From: an uncultured Candidatus Saccharibacteria bacterium
GTDB taxonomy: Bacteria > Patescibacteriota > Minisyncoccia > Phycocordibacterales > CAYSCM01
NCBI GenBank assembly: GCA_964429815.1
Contig: CAYSCM010000005.1
Coordinates: 1-10,856, forward strand
DNA length: 10,856 nucleotides
Reading direction: 5' to 3'
The notes beneath the pieces are model-generated. The model was not told the origin of the DNA and did not search any database. It saw nothing but the letters and a program-made list of their open reading frames with translations. Within the stretch, counting starts at the first letter, position 1. Each line of letters opens with the position of its first letter. The translations under genes were made by a program, and so were the position numbers. Positions 5,448-10,856 of the stretch are shown here, piece by piece.

Positions 5448-6443
5448 TTAGTCCACTACGTCGAGGATGGTCGAGTACTTGTCCGCATAGCTCTCTCCCA
5501 AATCGGGACAAACGAACGCGGCCTTGATGCTCCCATCCCTGCCGCGTAGCGCATCGAGCCTTCCTGAATCTTTCTCCTTCCGAAGAAAGTCAAGAAGTCC
5601 TACGTAGGCAAGGCCGGAACTTGGCCCTGGGCAAACGCCGAGCGCTCTGCGAAGGTCGAGGCTCGCTTGGTAGGCGCGCGAACGCTTCCCGAGCGTCATG
5701 AGGGCACCCTCGGAGATAGCGCTTCTCCAAGGGAGACGCACGAGCTCTAGGGATAGTTTGCTTTCGGCGCGAACGCCGGGCACCGGTCCCTCGTCCCCTT
5801 CCGCGCACACCACACCGACGACCTTGGTGGAAAATTCGCAAGCCCGTATGTAACGGGCAAGACCCACCACGGTGCCGCCGGTACCGACACCGGCGGCGAC
5901 CGCTGAGAGGGTTGCCTCGAAGGGGTCGAGGATCTTCGGCGCAAGGAATTTCTCGAACGCCTTCGGATTGTCGTCGTTGTCGTACTGGTCGAGGTTGAGG
6001 TATCCGGGTTCTTTGCCCTTTTCTCGCGCACGCTCGATGCAGGTAGCCTCTCCTTCACGTTCGGGAAAATCCTGGAAGCGTGCGCCGTAGAAACGCAGAA
6101 GCGCGAGCTTAGTGAGTGGTGTGTCCGAGCGCACGTAGAGCTCGACTTTGAGACCGAAGGCCGGCGCCGCGATCGCAAGCCCAAGCCCGGTGTTCCCTGA
6201 CGTACCTTCGACGATTGTATGTACGCCCTCAAGACGTCCGGCTTCATGCGCGCGAAGGAGCATGTACACCGCCGGGATGACCTTGTGCGGGAGTCCTGCC
6301 TTGTCGAACCCGAGTGCCGCAAAAATCCTGACCTGGTCCGTGATGAGTGGGTCAAACCCCGTCGGAATCCTCACCAAGGGGACGCTTCGGTTTTGGGGAT
6401 GGAGGAACTTTAAAATCCCCCCACTCCCGTTTGGCGTCTTCAT
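5448..6443 (-). CDS. PLP-dependent fold-type-II enzyme of the cysteine synthase / cystathionine beta-synthase family (CysK/CysM/SbnA-like), 331 aa from ATG 6443
   Basis: PHKVIPAVYMLLRAHEAG (PLP-Lys region). IVEGTSGNTGLGLAIAA matches the VEPTSGNTGIALA motif. QYDNDDNPKAFEKFLAPKILD matches QFxNPxNPxxHxxTTGPEI. AAGVGTGGTVVGLARYI matches the G-rich loop GVGTGGT. GGAGAG SD lies 8 nt upstream of ATG 6443. The longer ORF to 6557 would run into the panD promoter. Confidence 0.85.
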   Translation of the reverse strand: MKTPNGSGGILKFLHPQNRSVPLVRIPTGFDPLITDQVRIFAALGFDKAGLPHKVIPAVYMLLRAHEAGRLEGVHTIVEGTSGNTGLGLAIAAPAFGLKVELYVRSDTPLTKLALLRFYGARFQDFPEREGEATCIERAREKGKEPGYLNLDQYDNDDNPKAFEKFLAPKILDPFEATLSAVAAGVGTGGTVVGLARYIRACEFSTKVVGVVCAEGDEGPVPGVRAESKLSLELVRLPWRSAISEGALMTLGKRSRAYQASLDLRRALGVCPGPSSGLAYVGLLDFLRKEKDSGRLDALRGRDGSIKAAFVCPDLGESYADKYSTILDVVD

Positions 6444-6549
6444 AGTGCTCTCCGTAGTCGTTGAACGGTATGCGGCCGCGCCGCACATTCCGCCTAGAGC
6501 GTAATCCGCCCGTGCCACGCTGTCAAAGACGGTGGTATACTTTGGTGCC

Positions 6550-6927
6550 ATGCTCATAAACGTCTGTATAGCGAAGATCCATCGAGCGACTGTGACCGAT
6601 GCGGACCTCGACTACGTAGGCTCCATCACCATCGACCAAAACATCCTCGAGGCGGCCGGGCTTCGTCCTGGGCAAATGGTCCAGATAACCAATGTTAGCA
6701 ACGCCGTGCTCTGGCGGACCTACATACTCGCCGGAAAAGCCGGGAGGGGCGATATCGTTCTCAACGGCCCCCCGGCGCGCCTTTTTAAAAAAGGCGATAA
6801 GGTCATCATCCTCGGCGAGGCATATCTCGAACCCTCAGAAGTCAAAGATTCGCATCCGACCGTCGTGTTCGTCGACGAAAAAAATAAGATCATCCGCGTC
6901 GAGGAGAGCGCCTGGAAGAAGTCGTAG
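6550..6927 (+). CDS. panD: Aspartate 1-decarboxylase (pyruvoyl-dependent), PanD; alternative GTG start at 6532
   Basis: Near-full-length match to PanD: AKIHRATVTDADLDYVGSITIDQNILEAAGL…Y…GRGDIVLNGPPARLFKKGDKVIILGEAYLEPSEV…PTVVFVD. Includes catalytic K and H, the Gly-Ser self-cleavage site (VG|SITID) and the C-terminal pattern seen in Thermus-type PanD. ATG 6550 gives the canonical N-terminal length. An extended -10 at 6533-6541 suggests a near-leaderless mRNA. Confidence 0.9.
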   Translation: MLINVCIAKIHRATVTDADLDYVGSITIDQNILEAAGLRPGQMVQITNVSNAVLWRTYILAGKAGRGDIVLNGPPARLFKKGDKVIILGEAYLEPSEVKDSHPTVVFVDEKNKIIRVEESAWKKS

Positions 6928-6930
6928 GAC

Positions 6931-7542
6931 ATGTGGTGGTCACCGACCCATTGGGTGAATGTCATTTTGGCCGCTTCGGTCCCCCACCACTGGCTCATGC
7001 CGGTCTCTATCATCGCCGGCACATGGATCCTCGAAGACCTGACCACCATTCTCGTCGGCATCCTGGCCGCGGACGGACTTATCAAGATAGGAGTAGCACT
7101 CATCGCCCTTTGGATAGGCATCATCACGGGCGACTACGGCCTCTACTTCCTTGGTATGCTTGCCAAAACCCATCCGCGCATCCGGCGGTTTGTCGAACAC
7201 GAGCGGCTCCTCCCCATACGACGGCGCCTTGAGCGCAATCTGCGTGAGGTCGTCATTTCGACGCGCTTCATTCCGGGATTGCGACTCCCCACCTACGTCG
7301 CCTGCGGATTTTTCCGGATGCCGTTTTGGGAATTCGCGCAGTCGGTCGTCCTTGCAACCCTCATCTGGACCACAGGGCTCTTCGCCGTGGCGTACCTCTT
7401 CGGTCAATCGACCTCTGACTGGCTTGGTTTCTGGCGGTGGCCGATCGCGATAGGGGTGTCAGCTTTTTTCTTTTTTATGGCGAAGCGAAGAGCGAAGCGC
7501 ACTGCGTATGAAGACAACAATGAACGAACCGACCCCCGCTGA
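6931..7542 (+). CDS. DedA / SNARE-associated (VTT domain) family inner-membrane protein, 203 aa
   Basis: Multi-TM hydropathy. DedA signature …GLYFLGMLAK…STRFIPGLRLPTYVACG (R-F-IPG-R…AG). Starts 4 nt after the panD stop, so same operon. Confidence 0.85.
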   Translation: MWWSPTHWVNVILAASVPHHWLMPVSIIAGTWILEDLTTILVGILAADGLIKIGVALIALWIGIITGDYGLYFLGMLAKTHPRIRRFVEHERLLPIRRRLERNLREVVISTRFIPGLRLPTYVACGFFRMPFWEFAQSVVLATLIWTTGLFAVAYLFGQSTSDWLGFWRWPIAIGVSAFFFFMAKRRAKRTAYEDNNERTDPR

Positions 7543-8638
7543 CATAGACCGGAGATGGCATGAACTTTCGGGGCGCCTTCCCGGTGAGCCGATTTTCAGT
7601 TTTTTCGAGAATTGGCCGGGTTCCTTTTTCTACATTCCTGTCGCGGTGGCGTGGTTTTTCTACGCGCTGCGCTACCGAAGCTTCACGCTTCCGCTCCTCA
7701 GCAATCCGTCGATAGAATTCGCGGGGCTGTGCGGAGAGAGCAAGTGCGGGGTCCTCAGCCTCTTGGGATCCTCCGGAAAGGAGCGGGTAGCCTCCTACAT
7801 GCGATTTGAAAATACCACCGGGCGCGCGAGCGCGGATGAGCTCTTGGGTAGTGCCACCGCTGGCGGCCTCCGGCTCCCCTTCGTTCTCAAACCCGACATC
7901 GGACGGCGCGGCACGGGGGTGCGCATCGTGCGGACGAAGGAAGACGTCGAAGCCTACCTTGAAGCTTTTCCGCGAGGCCGCGCTCTCATCGTCCAGCGGC
8001 TTATCGAAGAAGAAGGCGAAGCGGGGGTCATGTACCTGCGCTACCCCGGCGAAGGACGGGGGAAAATCATCTCGCTTACCCTTAAGTACTTCCCTGCCGT
8101 CGTCGGCGATGGCAGAGCAAGCCTTCGGGAGCTCATTTTGCGCGATGAGCGCGCCCGCCGGCTTGCCAAGAGCTACTTCACGTACCACAAAGATTCTCTG
8201 GAAACTATCGTGCCGCGGGGGAAACGCATAAAGTTGGTTGCTGTCGGAAACCACGTGCGCGGTTCTCTCTTTCGGGATGGCCGCCCGTTCATAACGTCGG
8301 GCATGACCGACGCATTCGACAAGATCGCGCGTGAAATCCCGCATTTCCACCTTGGACGGTTTGACGTGCGCTTCGAGAAACTCTCTGACCTCGCCGTCGG
8401 AGAAAACTTCACCATCATCGAGGTAAACGGCGCCGGAAGCGAGGCGACCCACATTTGGGACCGCCGTGCGAAGCTTTTTGACTCCTATCGAACGCTCTTT
8501 GCGCATGCCAAGGCGCTCTTCGACATCGGCCTCCACTACAAACGCGAAGGCCGTAGAGCTCCCTCGTTCGGGGAAATCGCTCGGGCCTATGTCGCGGAAA
8601 AAAAACTTCTCGCTTCGTATCCCCCGCTTACGGAGTAG
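7508..8638 (+). CDS. ATP-grasp ligase (RimK / alpha-L-glutamate-ligase-like) with an N-terminal transmembrane anchor, 376 aa
   Basis: N-terminal TM helix SFFYIPVAVAWFFYAL. ATP-grasp core: LPFVLKPDIGRRGTGVRIV (K-P…G-x-G-V), ALIVQRLIEEE, and the Mg-binding IIEVNGAGSE (E-x-N motif as in RimK/Ddl). The start overlaps dedA by 35 nt. An in-frame ATG at 7520 is an alternative. Confidence 0.8.
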   Translation: MKTTMNEPTPADIDRRWHELSGRLPGEPIFSFFENWPGSFFYIPVAVAWFFYALRYRSFTLPLLSNPSIEFAGLCGESKCGVLSLLGSSGKERVASYMRFENTTGRASADELLGSATAGGLRLPFVLKPDIGRRGTGVRIVRTKEDVEAYLEAFPRGRALIVQRLIEEEGEAGVMYLRYPGEGRGKIISLTLKYFPAVVGDGRASLRELILRDERARRLAKSYFTYHKDSLETIVPRGKRIKLVAVGNHVRGSLFRDGRPFITSGMTDAFDKIAREIPHFHLGRFDVRFEKLSDLAVGENFTIIEVNGAGSEATHIWDRRAKLFDSYRTLFAHAKALFDIGLHYKREGRRAPSFGEIARAYVAEKKLLASYPPLTE

Positions 8639-10856
8639 AGAGCGTCGTTGATGACGTTGATGACGTTGATGACGTTGATGACGTTGATGACGTTTCGACT
8701 ATAACGGTGCGCGTGCTCGTCGCGGTGTTTCCCGCTGCATCGGTCGCGACGTAGTCGATAGTATGGGTGCCAGGAAGACCAGTATTGAGAGAAACTTCCA
8801 TGACAGCGACCCCATCGACGTAGGTCGTATATCCGAGGTTTTGGCTCACATTGTCGGAGACGGTGGCGCCAAGGTCGGAATACGCCTCTCCCACGTGAAT
8901 GGTGGCGGGGTTATTACCTTGTATGACGATAGTCGGCGGCGTCGAATCCAAAGAGGTTTTCGAGATACTCCCTCCCGATGATGTGCTGCTGGAACTTACG
9001 CTCAAGCTTCCTGTTGTACCTGCCGCCGCGGAGGCTGAGAGGAGTTTCACGAGGTCATCTTTCGTCACGCACACGCCGCTGACGCACAACTTTTCGACAT
9101 AGACAATGTCGGAGTGGACTTCCTTTGCGAACACGCGATCGAACACTCCGGCCGCAGCGTAGATAGCGCCGTCGAATGCATGGACGAGTAGTTGTCCGAG
9201 AGAGGAGAGCGCGTCACGAAGTTCCTGAGAGCTGTCGGAAAACGCTCCGGCTCCTGCGACGCTCGACGTTGCCGCACCGGGAGGTGCAACGAGATATGAA
9301 ATCGTCGTCGTCGGCAAAAGCGGAGCGACAAGGGCATGGAGCTCCTGGACGGCGGAGACGAGGTAGGGGGTAAAGCCCGCATAATTGAGGGCGAGCGTCC
9401 CCCAACTACTTTGATATACCAGATCGGGTGCGATCTTCTGAACTTCTTGCGCAAGAAAACCTGTGTGAGTCGGGGTTCCTGAAGCCTCGGCAAGCCAGTT
9501 ATAGGTCACGGGATTAAGGGACAAGACCGTTCCAAGTGCGGGGGCGAGCTTCTCGATATTATTTTTAAGCGTCGCATCGGACGAACAGGTAACACCGGTC
9601 GTCGGGATGATCCAACAACCGCCAGCAGCATTACCGAAGGCAGCGACGGCAGTGGCGGCGCCCACGGAAGCATTGCCAACGGAGAGAAGGGACGAGGTTG
9701 CGGTTGTTGTGCCGATACCGACACTGCCCGTGTAGTTAATCGTGATGGTCGAAGTGCTCGTCGTTGCAAAGCTATCCGAGCTCGTGGCGATGTAGAGGTT
9801 CCCGCCGTTGGAGCGTATAGACCAGTGCTTTTGGTTAGACCCTGCGCTCGGATCGGTAAGGGTAAGCTGTGGACCGGTCGAAGATGCGATTTGAAGTGCC
9901 CACTGCGGAGTCGTGGTGCCTATGCCCAAAATCCCGCTCGGGGCTATCGTAAGAGGCCCGGGGCCTGATGAGGTCGCATAGGTAGAAGGAGAGGATGTCG
10001 AGAAGTACAGAAAGCCGCCGGCATTTCTGAAGCTCCAGTGAACGTTCGTAAGGGAGGATGGGTCCGAGAGCGCAAGTTGTGCTCCGGTCGAGCTCGCAAT
10101 TTGGAGGGCCCACTGCGGTGAGGTCGTGCCGATGCCGACCTTGAGCGCTCCGGCGAGGGCGAGCGCAGTGGTATCGGTCGTCGAAGTTGCCCATTGAGTA
10201 CAGCCCGCCGCAGTGATGAGCCCATTTTTGTCCGTGCGCAGACAGGCTGTATTGGTACCCCCTAAACTTGAAAGCCAGAAATTTGTCGTTGAGGCATTCG
10301 TGCTCACAAAGTTTGTCGTGGTCGCCGAGGTGCCGGTCGCGTTCACGAAGGTGAAATTCTGGAGCGTCGTGGAGCCAGTGGCCAGAAGAGTGCTGAAGGT
10401 GCCGAGTCCCGTCGAGGTGATGTTGCCAGCGGAGAGGACGGTGGCGAAGAGATTGGTGGAAGAGGCGGTGGTTGAGAAAATGGTCGAGCTTGTGGCATTC
10501 CCCAAGGTCGTCGTGGCAAGGGTGGCGAATGAAGCGAATACGTTCGTTGAGGAAGCTGTGGTCGTAAACAACGTCGAGCTCGTGGCGTTCCCTAGTGTCG
10601 TCGTCGCCGCGTTGAGGTTGCTAGCAAAGAGATTGGTGCTGCTGGCGGTGGTCGAAAAGATGGTCGACGAGGTGGCATTCCCTAAAGTCGTGGTGGCAAG
10701 AGTGATAAAGGAAGCGAACAAGTTCGTCGAAGAGGCGGTAGTGGCAAAGAACGTCGAGCTCGTGGCATTGCCTAGAGTTGTCGTAGCCGCGTTGAGATTA
10801 CTGGCAAAGAGGTTGGTGGAGGAGGCGGTCGTTGCGAAGAAAGAGGTGCTGGTTGC
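8631..10856 (-). CDS. Large Thr/Ser/Ala-rich repetitive fibre / tailspike-like protein with a C-terminal S74 intramolecular-chaperone domain, an Ig-like (DUF5011-like) domain and a (TSS)5 tail. The 5' end (N-terminus) lies beyond the window end.
   Basis: The minus-strand frame stays open from 10856 to the TAA at 8628-8630. The apparent start at 10721 is a TTG inside a repeat, and upstream codons continue the same 30-aa repeat. 30-aa repeats ATTTLGNATSSTxFxTTASSTNLFAS… span ~10390-10856. A duplicated module IGTT(S/T)PQWALQIASSTG…W S(F/I)R(N/S)(A/N)GG(F/N)LY lies at ~9700-10140. The S74 signature CSS|DATLKNNIEKLAPALGTVLSLNPVTYNWL…GFLAQEVQKIAPDLV…GTLALNYAGFTPYLVSAVQEL (SDxxxK; cleavage Ser codon ~9579-9581) is followed by a ~160-aa chaperone body. 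PTIVIQGNNPATIHVGEAYSDLGATVSDNV…THTIDYVATDAAGNTATSTRTVIV lies at ~8694-8939. Confidence 0.85.
8647..8691. repeat. Perfect 9-bp x5 tandem repeat (gttgatgac)5 encoding (TSS)5 at the C-terminus of the fibre protein
   Basis: Read directly. Partial copies flank it (8644-8646, 8692-8694). The unit length is a multiple of 3, so copy-number change keeps the frame. Confidence 0.9.
10390..10856. repeat. Imperfect ~90-bp (30-aa) tandem repeats, at least 5 copies in an alternating two-flavour (60-aa) pattern, continuing beyond the window
   Basis: Protein-level repeats (…NLNA-ATTTLGNATSSTxF-TTASSTNLFAS-FxTL-ATTTLGNATSST…). DNA copies are recognisably similar but carry synonymous and near-synonymous differences. 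Confidence 0.8.

Noticed and set aside
5747-6355. 202-aa minus-strand ORF (R/S/T-rich) and the 5872-6090 / 6148-6504 plus-strand ORFs inside the PLP-enzyme gene
   Set aside because: They are alternative frames of a gene whose main frame carries multiple cysteine-synthase-family motifs. Their compositions are extremely biased.
6532-6557. Longer N-terminal extensions of panD (GTG 6532) and of the PLP enzyme (to 6557)
   Set aside because: The extensions would overlap each other and the shared promoter region. PanD homologues start a few residues before AKIHRA. The minus-strand gene has a GGAGAG SD before ATG 6443.
7475-8536. 353-aa minus-strand ORF antisense to the ATP-grasp gene
   Set aside because: It lies entirely within a motif-supported plus-strand gene. 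Its translation is R/A/G/E-rich with no motifs, a typical GC-rich antisense open frame.
8647-8691. Short perfect repeats considered as a CRISPR array
   Set aside because: The 9-bp units are contiguous with no spacers and lie inside a coding sequence, so this is a coding microsatellite and not a CRISPR array.
8631-10856. Calling the fibre gene a prophage tail fibre
   Set aside because: The S74 chaperone is phage-derived, but no other phage genes flank it within the window and the adjacent genes are metabolic. The origin is left open.

Overview
This 10.9-kb window comes from a GC-rich bacterial chromosome that has few Shine-Dalgarno sites and recurrent TATACT-type -10 boxes. It opens with the 3' ~62 nt of a tRNA-Asn(GUU) gene and its hairpin terminator. 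A ~2.2-kb accessory-looking patch follows: an RHH (CopG/ParD-like) regulator with no partner gene, two unknown minus-strand ORFs, a small HeH/SAP-like protein whose start sits inside a perfect 10-bp palindrome, and a Doc-family toxin (HPFTDGNKR) with an overlapping upstream partner ORF. The middle of the window looks chromosomal: a 2-TM mini membrane protein, a signal-peptide protein built from two DUF5666-like repeats, two tandem VOC/glyoxalase genes, a YciI-like protein and a strong bidirectional terminator. A divergent pair follows: a PLP-dependent cysteine-synthase-family enzyme on the minus strand and a panD - dedA - membrane-anchored ATP-grasp ligase operon on the plus strand. The last 2.2 kb, on the minus strand and running off the window end, encodes a >740-aa Thr/Ser/Ala-rich fibre protein. 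It has 30-aa tandem repeats carrying N-A-T sequons, a duplicated ~70-aa module, and a phage-tailspike-type S74 intramolecular-chaperone domain with an SDxxxK autocleavage motif. Unusually, this is followed by an Ig-like (DUF5011-like) domain and a (TSS)5 tail encoded by a perfect 9-bp x5 microsatellite, and the gene's 3' end overlaps the convergent ATP-grasp gene. No integrase, CRISPR array or rRNA is present. The fibre gene's 5' end and the tRNA's 5' end lie outside the window.
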